In this document: piece after piece, positions 1-13,423 of the stretch | How the letters are laid out: every line of letters begins with the position of its first letter | Position numbering within the stretch: the stretch's first letter is position 1 | NCBI RefSeq assembly: GCF_006345805.1 | Contig: NC_043021.1 | Span: forward strand, 12,152,001-12,216,000 | Direction: 5' to 3' | DNA from: Octopus sinensis | Lineage: Eukaryota | DNA length: 64,000 nt | Notes under the pieces: generated by a model | The model's input: only the letters and a program-made list of their open reading frames with translations | The model's database searches: none | What the model was told of the DNA's origin: nothing | Made by a program: the position numbers and the translations under genes

Positions 1-606
1 ATACATTATACATATTATATATATACCATATACATATATAATATATATAATATACATATACATATATACATATACTATATATAATATATATATATATTAT
101 ATAACCTATACATATAGATATATACAATATACATATATATATATATAATACATATACATATATATATATATATACTATACTATCTATATATATATACATA
201 TACATATATACATATATCAATATATAATATATATATATATATATAATATATATAAAATACAAAATGGGACAAGGACGCAAAACATCCGAACACTAGGTGA
301 TACAAAAGGGACAACAAAACATCCAGATAGACAATACAAAGAAAACAAGGAAGGTCATTCGAAGTTTTCTATCTTCAGTCAAGAACCAGATTATCCTCAC
401 AATTTCAGCTCAATCAGCGTTGAAAAACTAACTGTTAAAATCAAACTGTACTCTTCAAAACTTGCACTAAAAATAAAGGCAAGGTAAAATTACTACCTGC
501 CTTTATAGCAAGTTGATGCAGGTAGTTTATCCCATTCCCATTCGACTTTTAGATCATGCAATTGAAAAAACCGCATTATTTATGGTATGGCTCAGTATAT
601 ATATAT

Positions 607-1167
607 TCTTTTATTCTTTTACTTATTTCAGTCATTTGACTGCAGCCATACTGGAGCACCACCTCAAAGGATTTTTAATTGAAGAAATCAACCCAGGACT
701 TAGCCTTTGTAAGCCTAGTACTTATTTCATTGGTCTCTTTTGCTGAACTGCTAAGTTACGGGTATTTAAACACGCTAACATCAATTGTCAAGCAATTGCA
801 AACATAAACACAAAGATACACACACACACACACATAAATATATATATATATATATATATGATGGACTTCTTTCGGTTTCTGTCTACAAAATCCATTCACA
901 AGGCTTTGGTTGGCCCAAGGCTATAGTAGAAGACAACTGCCCAATGTGCCACACAGTGATACTGAACCCTGAACCATGTGGTTGGGAAGCAAACTTCTTA
1001 CCACACAACCATACCTGCGATATATATATATATATATATATACACTTTACTCTTTTACTTGTTTCAGTCATTTGACTGCGGCCATGGTGGAGCACCACCT
1101 TTAATTGAGCAACTCGACCCCGGGACTTATTCTTTTGTAAGCCCAGGACTTATTCTGTCGGTCTCTA

Positions 1168-1209
<42 letters not shown>

Positions 1210-1380
1210 TACATACAAATATACGACGGGCTTCTTTCAGTTTCCGTACACCAAATCCACTCACAAGGCTTTGGTCAGCCCGAGGCTATAGTAGAAGACA
1301 CTTGCCCAAGGTGCCACGCAGCGGGACTGAACCCGGAACCATGTGGTTGGTAAACAAGCTACTTACCACACAGCCACTCC
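607..1380 (-). mobile_element. Two CORE-like tRNA-derived SINEs (family B, octopus OR-type)
   Basis: Minus strand GGAGTGGCTGTGTGGTAAG...GGTTCAGTCCC head, GGCACCTTGGGCAAGTG CORE-like block, internal (TA/CA)n tract. Confidence 0.85.
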
Positions 1381-2023
1381 TATATATATATATATGTATA
1401 CACATATACATACACGCACACATACAAACACAGATATACACTCATACATAAACATACATACACAAATGTCAGATTGTTCAATGTCAACTTGGGGTTAAGC
1501 AACATCAACATGTACCCACGAACCTTCTGACAAATTTGGAATTGCTAGAATTTACAGAACTATCGTACATATCTTATTTGGGTCACACATTCACCGTTTA
1601 TTCACCATGTTGTGCTGCAGAGTTGTATTGCATATGGAATTCTGGTGCTTAACTGATCTTTAAGATTACTAATGCATAGGAGAGAGGGAGAGAGAGAGGA
1701 GGTGTAAGCAGAGAGGAAGAAGGGAAGAGAGAAAAAACAAATGAAAGGAGATGATGATGATAGTGGCGGCGGTGATGATGGTGATGATGATAATGATGAC
1801 GATGATGATGATGATGATGAGGAGGAGGAGGAGGAGGAAGGGGAACAAAAAAGAAGGAACTGAAAGAGATGTTGGTTCCGCACAACGTTTGTAGAATGTA
1901 AGAGAAACATTAAATAATAAGAAGAAAGAAAAAAAAAATTTACCAAAAGACAAACAGGAAAACCAGCCAAAATAATTTATTTTGCAGTATGTGAAAGCAC
2001 ATTCATGGACAGATACATAGATA

Positions 2024-2071
<48 letters not shown>

Positions 2072-2451
2072 CATACAAGTATCTGTGATACGCACACAGA
2101 TACAGAGATATGCAAATACTCACACACACATACATACATGCATAGATAAGTGCATACACCATCCACATAAATAATTACATTTGCTCAGATCAGATAAAAC
2201 ATACATACTCACACAAATCCATGCACACACACACACACACACACACACATGCTTATTTCTATTTTTTAGGTTTTTTTTTTTTGAAATAAAAAGAAACTGG
2301 TTGGATTAGAAATTGGATAATGTTGTTCTTATTCTATAAATATTTGCAAAGCTTTAAATATTTTGGTTGGTTTTCTTTGAATTTAACCACAAAATGCTGT
2401 TTTACAAACCAGATGCCATCAACCACCCGTCCTATCTCTCATTCATATTTT

Positions 2452-2742
2452 ACAATCATCATCATTGCTGTCATCATCTTCATCATCATTGTTGATGTCG
2501 TGATCATTGTTATCATCATCCTCATCATCATCATTGTTATCATCGTCATTGTCATCATCCTCATCATTGTCATCGTCATCATCGTCGTCATCCTCATCAT
2601 TGTCATTGTTGTCGTCATCATCATCATCGTCATTGTCATCATCATCATTGTCATCGTCGTCATCATCATCATCATTGTCGTCATTATCATCATCGTTGTC
2701 GTCATCATCATCATTGTCATCATCATCATCATCGTTGATGAT
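2452..2742. repeat. Degenerate (ATC/GTC)n trinucleotide tract
   Basis: Direct inspection. Confidence 0.95.
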
Positions 2743-3070
2743 TTTAATGCCCACTTTTCCTTGCTTCCATGGGTCGGATAGAATTCATTGAAACAGATAT
2801 TCTACAGCTGAATGCCTTTCCTGTTGCCAACCCTCACCTATTTCCAAGTAAAGTGATATTTCCCTTTTGATGGATATGTTTACATGGAAAACTGGAAATG
2901 AACAACACCAATTATACGATGGTAATGCTTGCTAACAACCATCACATAACAACATGAAGACAAGGAATCACACCCACACACACGCACAAAAGCTCACTGA
3001 TCCACACAAACATCCAGTCCAACCTGGTATGATACTCGACACAAGGAACTGATGTCTCTGAAGACACTAT

Positions 3071-4128
3071 ACTGGCAGAATCGTTAGCATGCTGGGTGAA
3101 ATGCGTAACCGTATTTTGTCTGCCGTATGTTCTGAGTTCAAATTCCGCCGAGGTCGACTTTGCCTATCATCCTTTCGGGGTCGATAAATTAAGTACCAGT
3201 TACGCACTGGGGTTGATATCTGTCCTTGTTTGTCCCCTCTGTGTTTAGCCCCTTGTGGGTAGTAAAGAAATTATTATTATTATTATTATTATTAGGGTGG
3301 TGAGCTGGCAGAATCGTGAGCATGCTGGATGAAATACTTAGAGGTATTTCGTCTGCCGTTACGTTCTGAGTTCAAATTCCGCTGAGGTCGACTTTGACTT
3401 TCATCCTTTTGGAGTTGGTAAGTTAAGTACCGGTTGCGTACTGGTATCAATCTAACCAACTGGCTTCCTCCCACCAAATTTCAGGCCTTGTGCTGATATC
3501 AGAAAGGATTTATTATTATTATTATTATTATTATAAGACTACCGAGGCCGACTTTGCCTTTTACCTTTTCAAGGTTGATGAAATACCAGTAAAACACGGA
3601 GGTCGACATAATCGACAAGTCCCCACCCCCAAATTTTCAGGCCTTATGCCTATATTAGAAAGGAATTATCATTAGTATTATTATTACTACTACTACTACT
3701 ACTACTACTAAGGCAGCGAGCTGGCAGAACTGTCAGCACACTGGGCAAAGCGCTTAGTGGCATTTCATCTATCTTTATGTTTGAGTTCAAATCTCGTTGA
3801 GGTCGACTCTGCCTTTCATCCTTTCAGAGTCAATAAAATAAGTACCAGTGATACACTGGGGTCGATGTAATTGACTAGTCCCTCCCTCAACATTTTAAGG
3901 CTGCAAGCTGGCAGAAACGTTAGCACACTGAGCGAAATGCTTAGCAGTATTTCGTCTGCCATTACGTTCTGAGTTCAAATTCCGCTGAGGTCGACTTTGC
4001 CTTTCATCCTTTTAGGGTCGATAAATTAAGTACTAGTTACGCACTGGGGACGATGTCATTGACTTAATCCCTTTGTCTTTCCTTGTTTGTCCCCTCTATG
4101 TTTAACCCCTTGTGTGCAATAAAGAAAT
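3071..4128 (+). mobile_element. Array of about 5 tRNA-derived SINE copies (family A: GGCGAGCTGGCAGAA...GAGTTCAAATTCCGCCGAGGTCGACTTTGCCTTTCATCC)
   Basis: A-box-like and B-box (GTTCAAATTC) head, conserved body, (ATT)n linkers. More than 25 copies across the window. Confidence 0.9.
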
Positions 4129-4220
4129 AAGGGTATCTGGTTGTAAAAACAATACTTCAACAATATGTACTCATCTAACCTAAGTGTTCTCAACCCTTAT
4201 GGACTCTTTTGACTCAGCGG

Positions 4221-4703
4221 AATTTGAACTCAGAACGAAATGGCAGACGAAATACCTATTTCTTTATTACCCACAAGGGGCTAAACACAGAGGGAACAAA
4301 CAAGGAGAGACATAGGTATTAAGTCGATTACATCGACCCCAGTATGTTACTGGTACTTAATTTATCGACCCCGAAAGGATGAAAGGTAAAGTCGACCTTG
4401 GCGGAATTTGAACTCACAACGTAACGCAGACGAAATACCGCTAAGCATTTTGCCTGGCATGCTAATGTTTCTTATTTCTTTATTGCCCACAAGGGGCCAC
4501 ACACAGAGGGGACAAACAAGGATAAACAAATGGATTAAGTCGATTACATCAACCCCAGTGCGTAACTGGTACCTAATTTATTGACTCCGAAAAGATGAAA
4601 GCAAAGTCGACCTCAGCGGAATTTGAACTCAGAAAGTAATGTCAGACGAAATACTGCTAAGCATTTTGCCCAGTGTGCTAACATTTCTGCCAGCTCGCCG
4701 CCT
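4221..4703 (-). mobile_element. Family A SINE copies in the opposite orientation
   Basis: Reverse complement of the family A consensus, with duplicated bodies. Confidence 0.9.
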
Positions 4704-5865
4704 TCCTGTCATTAACTTTTATTCGTTTTTCAAGTAAGGAAGTTTTCATTCAATTTGTCTTTGAAAGCACTGAGCCATTGATTTCTTGGCAAGGAAATAT
4801 CAACAGAGAACACTGCTATGGCTTAGGTTTATAGCTTAAAGATTCTAAACGTGATCACAGAATGTAAACAGCTGAGCTGAAAATCTTAACTGAATAAGAA
4901 CCTGACATAGAAATAGACACTGGGGTCAATAAACACTGGAGTTTATTTTTTCAAATAAACCTTTCAAGGCAGAGTCTCAGCATGGCCACAACCCAATCAT
5001 CATCATCATCATCATCATCATTGTTTGACATCTGCCTTCCATGCTGGTATGGCTTGGACAGTTTGACAGGAGATGGCCAGGCAGAAAACTGCACCAGAAA
5101 ACTGCACCAGAAAACTGCACCGAGGTTGACTTTGCCGTTCATCCTTTCAGGGTCGATTAAATAAGTACCAGTAACGCACTGGGGTTGATATAATCGACTT
5201 AATCTGTTTGTCTGTCCTTGTTTGTCCCCTCTGTGTGTAGCCCCTTGTAGGCAGTAAAGAAATAAGAAAACTGCACCAGACTTCTGTCTGTTTTGGCAGG
5301 GTTTTTTATGGCTAGATGCCCTTCCTAACACCAACCACCCTGCAGCATGGAGTGGTTGGCATTAGGAAGAGCATCCAGCTGTAGAAACTCTGCCAGCTTT
5401 TTATGTGGCACCAGCACAGGCGAGGTCAGTTTTGGCAGGGTTTTACAGCTTGATGCTCTTCCAAGCACCAACCACTTTAAAGTGTGGACTGGATAATTTT
5501 GGTGTGACACCAGCACTGGCAGGGTCACCAAGTAACTTGCAAGACAAGGAATTTCGAGAGGGGAGGAGACATTGGAGGAGGGGATCTTGTGTCAGATGAT
5601 GAAAAGTTAGAGTGTAACAGAGAGACAAAGGGTCAGAAACAGGTGTCTTGCTGTAGAGAAATTAGATGGTTACCTGGCCAGAAAGAGAAAGAGAGAGAAA
5701 GAAAGAAAGAGAGAAGGAGAGGGAGAGAGTGTTAACGATAACGAGGAAAGAAACAGGTGTGCTAGTGTAAAGGAAATACACAGTTACCCAGCCAGAGGGA
5801 AGAGCAAGAGAAGGGGAGAGAGAGAAAGAGAGTGATCAAGAATGATTGAAATAATTAAAAAAAGA

Positions 5866-6010
5866 AGATGAGAGACCCAGGAAGCGAGAGACCCAGGAAG
5901 ACATGGGATGAAGTAATGAAGGCTGATCTAAAAATGCTGAACCTTACAAAGGGGATGACAGAGGACTGAGATATGTGGCACATTGCTGTACTCAAGAAGA
6001 CCCATCCACT
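5866..6010 (+). mobile_element. RTE-clade LINE 3' fragment
   Basis: Translates (G)RPRKTWDEVMKADLKMLNLTKGMTED*DMWHIAV, the RTE C-terminal motif. Confidence 0.7.
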
Positions 6011-9000
6011 ACAGCAGTGCTCCAGCATGACCACACCCCAATAACTGAAGTAATAAAAAAATAAAAGATGAGAGATTATCAAGGCAATGTTCTAGCATGA
6101 CCGCAATTCAATGATTGAAATAATTAAAAAAATGAAATAAAAGCAGATAAGAGATTATCAAGGCGGTACTCCTGCATGGCTGCTGTCCAATAACCGAAGC
6201 CAGCAAAAGAATAGAAAGAAGAGCACATCCTGAGGAGATAGACAATGTGTTGGCAATACATGGCAACAGAAGGTGAAGATTGCAGTTGGTTGTAAGCGCT
6301 GGAGAGTCTGGTTGTTGACTGATGTTAACAACCAACAGCACATGGTAACCTAATGCTAATGCATTCAGCAGTAACATAGACAATCCAGACTTCACATTTG
6401 CACATGATATCTGACTCATCATACTATAAGGAAAAATACATGTCAAAATAAATAGTAAGATACAAAAATGTTTACAATAATAATGTTAATAACGATGATG
6501 GTGTTGATGATGACGACGACGATGATGATGATGATGATGGGGGTTAATATCTTACATTAACACAAAGGCCAAACATATTTTGTTGCGAAGTTGTACACAG
6601 TTAAACAACCTGACTCAAATACAAAATTTGCTTTGTTATTAATATTATTATTATTATTATGATGATGAAGGCAGCGAGCTGGCAGAACTGTTAGCATGCT
6701 GGACAAAATGCTTAGTGGTAATTCGCCCATCGCTACATTCTGAGTTCAAATTCTGCCGAGGTCGACTTTGCCTTTCATCCTTTTGGTGTCAATTAAATAA
6801 GTACCAGTTACATGCTGGGGTCGATGTAATCGATTTAATCCCTTCCCCCAAATTTGAGGCCTTGTGCTTTCAGTAGAAAGGATTATTATTATTGTTATTA
6901 TTATTATTGAGTGAGAGAGCAGTGCATGCCTTCGAAGTGACATTGGGGTAAAATATACGAAGCCCAGTATACCCATCATGACTACCCATCTGATAAGGGT
7001 ACACTAGGCACATGCATCATAACCATATGTGCGCGACATGGTGATCTCATATCAAGATAAACAGCACGTGACCTTGCAGGTGGGGGCCCTGTTAGAATTT
7101 TCTTCTGGTCAAGTAACCCATCCCGCACAAAAGGTCCCTGAATAAGGGTTGTTTAAGGATGTTGAACGAAACACCCATGTTTCCAGAGGTGTTGTTGTTA
7201 TTATTATTATTATTTTGACAAAGGCAGCAAGCTGGCAGAATTCTTAGCCCAACGGACAAACTGCTTAGCTGCATTTCGTCCATTTTTATGTTCTAAGGTC
7301 AAACTCTGCCGAGGCCGACTTTGTCTTTCATCCTTTTGGGGGTTGATGAAATAAGTACCAGTTGAATACTGGGGTTGATGTAATTGACTTCCACTCTACC
7401 TTGGAATTGCTGGCCTTGTGTCAGAATTTGAAATTATTATTATTAGTATCATCACCAACATCATTATATTCCAAGTTCAAATCCTACCAATTTCAACTTT
7501 GCCTTTCAGCCTTCCAAAGGTCAAAAATATTCAAGTACCAGTTGAAAACTTGGAGCACACATCAACCAAGCTCCTTTCCTCAAAATCGCTGCCCTTGAAC
7601 CCAGCAATTGTTGTTGTTTTTGTTGTCATTATTATTATTATTGATATTATTATTATTACCATCATTACTATAATTGGCATGTACGTAAAAATCACCATTC
7701 GAGCATGGTCGATGCCAGTGCTGCCTGACTGGCTCCCATGCCAGTGGCATGTAAAAAGTACCATTCAAGCGTGGTCGATGCCAGTGCTGCCTGACTGGCC
7801 CCTGTGCTGGTGGCATGTAAAAAGCACCCACTACACTCTTGGAGTGGTTGGCATTAGGAAGGACATCCAACTGTAGAAACTTTGCCAGACCAGATTGGAG
7901 CCTGGTGCAACCTCTTGGCTTGACAGTCCACAGTCAAACTGGCCAAACCATGCCAGCATGGAAAGCGGATGTTAAATGATGATGATGATGTGGTGAGCTG
8001 GCAGAATCATTAGTATGCCAGGCATACACATCACCAGTTCTGCTTCACACATCATCAGTTTTGCTTACCAAAAGTGGCCCACTTGGCACCGTGCATTAGT
8101 TGTGGAATTTGTTTTGAGTTCAAATTCTGCCGAGGTCAACTTTGTCTTTCATCCCTTTTGGAGTTTATAAAATAAGTACCAGTTGAACACTGGGGTCAAC
8201 GTAACCAACTTATCCCCTCCCCCAAAATTACTGGCCTTGTGCCAGAATGTTGGCATACTGGGCAAAAAGCTTAGCAGTATATTGTCAGTCTTTACATACT
8301 GAGTTCAAATTCTTTTGGGGTCAACATTACTTTTCATCTTTCTGGGGTCGATAAATTAAGTACCAATCAAGCACTGGGGTCGATGTAATCAACTAGTCCT
8401 CTCCCCTGAAATTTAAAGCCTTGTGCCTACAGTGGAAAGAATTATTATTATTTAAAGGAGAAAATGGCTCTCTACCCCCTTTTGACCAGGCTCCTGTAGC
8501 TTTTATGGGTTTTTCCACGTGAGACCTTTTCTTTTTTTGAAGCGTCTCCTCTATGGGAATTTTTCGTTGTTATACTACTTTTTACTCGGTTTCTTTTTCA
8601 CAAACGGACAAAACCTTTTGTAACCTTTCGTCCTGTTTTGTCCCTTTATGTTTTCCAATCATATTTGTCAGCCCTTTGTGGCCAATAAAAAAATTAATTA
8701 ATTATTATTATTACTGATAGGTTTATTCGAATAGTCTACTGATCAGTTGAGAAAAAATGAATGACCTAAATTAATGCTACTTATGTCAGAGCCACTTCTG
8801 AATGTACGTATAATGAATATTGGAAACAGCTGTAAGCCAAATTTACTCTAATAAAGGAAATATAATGTCATGACCTGATATTTTGGGTCACTGACCGAGG
8901 AGGAAAATCCATTGTGAATATTGTGTATCATGGCTTTGCCTAAATTTCCTGTCCATTAAGATTTTTGCCTAGTTTTCCGTTTGCTCTGCTTTCATCCTTT

Positions 9001-9025
9001 TCTCCTTGTGTTCTTTCTGTCCAAC

Positions 9026-9335
9026 CCTACATACATACATACATACATATATACATACACACATACATACATACACACATACATACAAACATATATACAA
9101 ACATACATACATACATATATATATATACATACACACATACATACATACACACACAAATACATACACACATACACATATATACATACATACAAACATACAT
9201 ATATACATACACACACACATACATACACACACATACATACATACACACATACATACATAGAAACATACACACATATACATACATACAAACATACATATAT
9301 ACATACACACATACACACACACATACATACATGCA
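9026..9335. repeat. (ACAT)n/(AC)n compound microsatellite
   Basis: Direct inspection. Confidence 0.95.
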
Positions 9336-9511
9336 TGGGTGAGTCAGAAAGTAGTGCAAGTTTTATTTGCATTAGTTATTAACTTATATATAAATAAATA
9401 AATATATATACCGTCATTGTAAAAATAAACACACATCATTGAAATCTTAAAGCTATGAGATAATGCCAGATTTATTCAAAACTGAATAAATAAGCATTAC
9501 ATTTGATATAG

Positions 9512-9800
9512 TGGAGGTACATGGCCTAGTGGTTAGAGCAGCAGACTCGCAGTCGAGAGATCGTGGGTTCGAATCTCAGACTGGGCGATGTGTGTGTTTA
9601 TGAGCGAAAACACCTAAGCTTCACGAGGCTCCGGCAGAAGGTAATGGCGAACTTTGCTGATTCTTTCGCCACAACTTTCTCTCACTCTTTCCTCCTGCAT
9701 CATGCAGATCAACTGCGACGGACCGGCGTCCCGTCAGGGTGGGGAACCTATACGCCAAAGGAACTGGGAAACCAGCTCTATGAGCCAGGTGTGGATTGAG
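9512..9800 (+). mobile_element. tRNA-derived SINE family C. Further copies at about 15421-15645, 28455-28660, 60600-60730 (-) and 63300-63480 (-)
   Basis: TGGCCTAGTGG A-box and GGTTCGAATC B-box head followed by a non-tRNA body. Confidence 0.85.
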
Positions 9801-10995
9801 AAGGAACAAACAAACATTTGATAGAATAATTTGAATGCTAAAGGGTTGAACACTGCATGGAATTCCTGATTTGTGACAGAAGCATAAGTGAAACTTGCTA
9901 ATTGCTTCTTATGTCCAGCCATGTTCAACTAATATGCAGTTCATTATATTTTTTCTATTGCACAAATAACATCATTATATAACAGCAATCTTCATTATAT
10001 AACAGCAATCTTCATTTCTCTATCTATGATTGACTTTGTAACATTACCTGATAAAGCCCTGTATGTCCCACCCACACACATAACAAGATGACTTCTCATA
10101 CATCCTACCGCAACAAATCAATCTACATCTCTTCTCTTCCTTATGTTTCCTCCTTCATGCATTATGCCTGCCTCTCTCACTCCCCAATCCTGTCCTCACG
10201 GCCCTGTTTCTCTGTATCATTGCTATCTGGTAGTCCCCACCCTACTCTCTAATCCTCTTTGGCAAAATATCCTGCCATTTATATTATGACCTTTGAACCT
10301 CCAAGGGTATGCCCTGGCACTTGCCACCATCTATATCTCTCTCTTTCTTTACTTGACCATCCCATTTATATTCTGATCCCCGACCCTTGTGAGTATGTCC
10401 TGCACTTTGTCACCATCTCTATCCTGATGTCTCCCACTCTCTCTCTCCTCCTCCTGCACTTCCCTCAGGTTGGGTAACCACGTATTTCCTTTGCGGCAGC
10501 ACACCTCTTTCTGTTCTCATTCCCAATCTCTCTATCGAGCTGGGTAACCTTGTACCTCCTCTACAACACGACACCTGTTTTTGTCTCTCTGTCTCATTAT
10601 GACCGTTCACCATCTGACTTGAGATAACCTCCTCCAATGCCTCCTCCCCTCTCAAAAAATTTTTGTCTTACAGGTTACTCGGTGACCCTGCCGGTGCAGG
10701 TACCACTTAAAAAGCACCCAGTCCAAACTGTAAAGTGGTTGGCATTTGGAAGGGCATCCAGCTGTAAAAACCTTGCCAAAACTGACCTCACCTATGCTTG
10801 TGTCACGTAAAAAGCATTAAGTCCACTCTACTGGGTGGTTGGTGTTAGGAAGGGCATCTGACTGTAAAAATCCTCCCAAAAACAGTCACAGAAGTCTGGT
10901 GCAGGCTTCTGCCTGGCTGGCTCCAGTCAAACTGTCCCATCCATGCCAGCATGGAAGGTGGACGTTAAACAATGCTGCTGCTGATATATATATAT

Positions 10996-11407
10996 AACTT
11001 ATAAATAAGGGCAAACGAAAAAATTTCTAATGCCAAATATGCCGAAAATTGGACATATTGTCCATTTACCATATAATTTTTTTTTAATATGCAAGCTACT
11101 CAAAAAAAGGTCAACAGAAATCACTAAAAAATTCCATTATTACCATATCGGACCGATTTCAGGGTTAGTTCAAAAAGTATCTCATTTACTTCTTTGCCAC
11201 ATGTATCACTGACGAAGGGTGGGTTCCTTTTGAACTAACCCTGAAGTCGGTCCGATATGGTAATAATGGAATTTTTTAGAGATTTCTGTCGACCTCTTTT
11301 CGAGTAGCATGCGTATTAGAAAAAAATTATATGGTAAATGGACAATATGTCCAATTTTCGGCATATTTGACATAAGAAATTTTTTCGTTTGCCCTTATTT
11401 ATAAGTT
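10996..11407. mobile_element. 412-bp palindrome (about 180-bp arms, 50-bp spacer) carrying the hammerhead; Penelope-like inverted terminal structure
   Basis: Arms 10996-11177 and 11227-11407 are near-perfect reverse complements. The element abuts a (TA)n tract, and the ribozyme core lies in the spacer. Confidence 0.65.
11204..11262 (+). ncRNA. Type I hammerhead ribozyme motif (A15.1-to-G variant in this copy)
   Basis: Stem I TATCA/TGGTA. Core CTGACGA (11209-15). Stem II AGGGTGGGTTC-CTTTT-GAACTAACCCT (11 bp, 1 mismatch). GAAG where GAAA is expected. Palindromic stem III TCGG-T-CCGA, then T16.1 and cleavage-site A at 11257. The inverted copy in the left arm retains GAAA. Confidence 0.75.
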
Positions 11408-11490
11408 GTTTATAATCTAACCTTTAAAGGTATTTTTTAATATGCTGGCCATTGATAAAATTTTTTTTCTAAAAAATTTTATCCTACATT

Positions 11491-11527
<37 letters not shown>

Positions 11528-11784
11528 TATAGGATTGGTGCATGATTATTGTGACTTTTTTCAACAAATGTTATTCCACAAAAACAATAACAGCATGTAA
11601 CAAAAACATCTTTAAATGATTATTCCAGAGTATATTCACCATCTACTTCAATTACTGCTTCCCATCTGCTTGGCAGATGGGTCAGACCGTCATTTAAAGC
11701 TGTTTTTGTTAAATATTGTCATTGTTTTTGTTGAATAAAATTTGTTGAAAAAAGGCGCAATATTTATTATGCACCAACACAATA
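11528..11784 (-). mobile_element. Internally deleted mariner element (MITE-sized)
   Basis: Hsmar1-like TIRs (TAGGATTGGTGCA ... TGCACCAACACAATA) with TA ends. The minus strand at 11620-11679 encodes the mariner C-terminus HLPSRWEAVIEVDGEYTLE*. Confidence 0.8.
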
Positions 11785-12190
11785 CATATATGAGTTTGAT
11801 AACATTCTCAGCCTTTGAGTCACTCTGTTACTTCTGCCAAATATTAATAATAAAAAAAATGTTTATCATAATCGTGTTTTGAGTTCTGTTTTCCTGTTTG
11901 TCATCCGAAACCTATACATTCCTATATACCAACTGACACTTCAAAGGTTACAACAATGAGGGCCCCAGTTGATCAGATCAACAGAACATCCTGCTCACGA
12001 AATTAACATGCAAGTGGCTGAACGCTCCACAGACACGTAAATCCTAAACATTGTCTGCAGGGAGATTTGGCCAGACAGAGAATGTGACAAGGGTAGCCCT
12101 TTTGAAATACAGGTACAAACTCATTTTCGCCAGCTCAGTGAACTGGAGTAAGGTGAAATAGAGTGTCTTGCTCAAGGACACAATGCATCA

Positions 12191-12404
12191 CTCTTTACTC
12201 TTTTACTTGCTTCAATCATTTGACTGCGGCCATGCTGGAGCACTGCCTTTAGTCGAGCAAATCGACCCTAGGTGTTATTCTTTGTAAGCCTAGTACTTAT
12301 TCTATAGGTCTCTCTTGCCGAACCACTAAGTTATGAGGATGTAAACACACCAGCATCGGTTGTCAAGTGATGTTGGGGGGACAAACACAGACACACAGAC
12401 ATAT

Positions 12405-12437
<33 letters not shown>

Positions 12438-12600
12438 CATATACATGACAGGCTTCTTTCAGTTTCCGTCTACCAAATCCACTCACAAGGATTTGGTTGG
12501 CCTGAGGCTATAGTAGAAGACACTTGCCCAAGGTGCCACACAGTGGGACTGAACCCGGAACCATGTGGTTGGTAAGCAAGCTACTTACCATACAGCCACT
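12191..12600 (-). mobile_element. Family B SINE
   Basis: Full-length match to the family consensus. Confidence 0.9.
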
Positions 12601-12673
12601 CGAACTCACAACATGACTATCATGAACTGAATATCCTCAGCAGTAAGCCATGCACTTTCACATATATATCACA

Positions 12674-13039
12674 GGAGTGGTTGTGTGGTAAGTAGCTTAC
12701 TTACCAACCACATGGTTCTGGATTTAGTCCTACTGCGAGGCACCTTGAGCAAGCGTCTCCTACTATAGCCTCAGGCCGACCAAAGCCTTGTGAGTGGATT
12801 TGGTAGACAGAAACTGAAAGAAGCCCGTCATATATGTGTGTGTGTTTGTCCTCCCAACATTGCTTGACAACCGATGCTAGTGTATTTATGTCCCGTAACT
12901 TAGCGGTTCAACAAAAGAGTCCGATAGAATACATACTAGGCTTACAATGAATAGGTCTTGGGTTCGATTTGCTCAACTAAAGGTGATACTCCAGCATGAC
13001 CGCAGTCATATGACTGAAACAAGTAAAAGAAATAAAAGA
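12674..13039 (+). mobile_element. Family B SINE, inverted relative to 12191-12600
   Basis: Full-length match to the family consensus. Confidence 0.9.
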
Positions 13040-13135
13040 ATATATATATATATGTATGTATATTATATATATATATACATACATATATATATATAATATG
13101 TATGTATGTGTGTATATATATGTGTATGTGTGTAT

Positions 13136-13166
<31 letters not shown>

Positions 13167-13388
13167 GTATGCACATATATATATATGTATGTATATTATA
13201 TATATATACATATATGTATGTGTGTGAGTGTGTGTGAGTGTATGTGTGTGCAACAGAATCCAGGAAACTAGCTCTACAAGTCACTTGTGATACAGGAAGG
13301 AGCTTTAGCCTTTTTACATAAACACACACACACGCCAGTTGCCAAGTTGGACAAACACAGACACAAAGAAACACACACACACATGTAT

Positions 13389-13423
<35 letters not shown>

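Noticed and set aside
492-526. 9-bp stem ACTACCTGC/GCAGGTAGT
   Set aside because: Within chance expectation for a 64-kb window.
2320-2791. Poly-Ile, poly-Ser, poly-Asp and poly-Met ORFs
   Set aside because: They come from the (ATC)n trinucleotide tract, which is open in most frames.
6108-6446. Minus-strand ORF with a good acceptor near 6427 as TLCD exon 2
   Set aside because: The phase is compatible, but the translation lacks TLC-domain features and has no convincing donor at the expected position.
9512-9590. Possible tRNA gene
   Set aside because: A and B boxes are present but there is no acceptor stem, and the sequence continues into a SINE body found in several copies.
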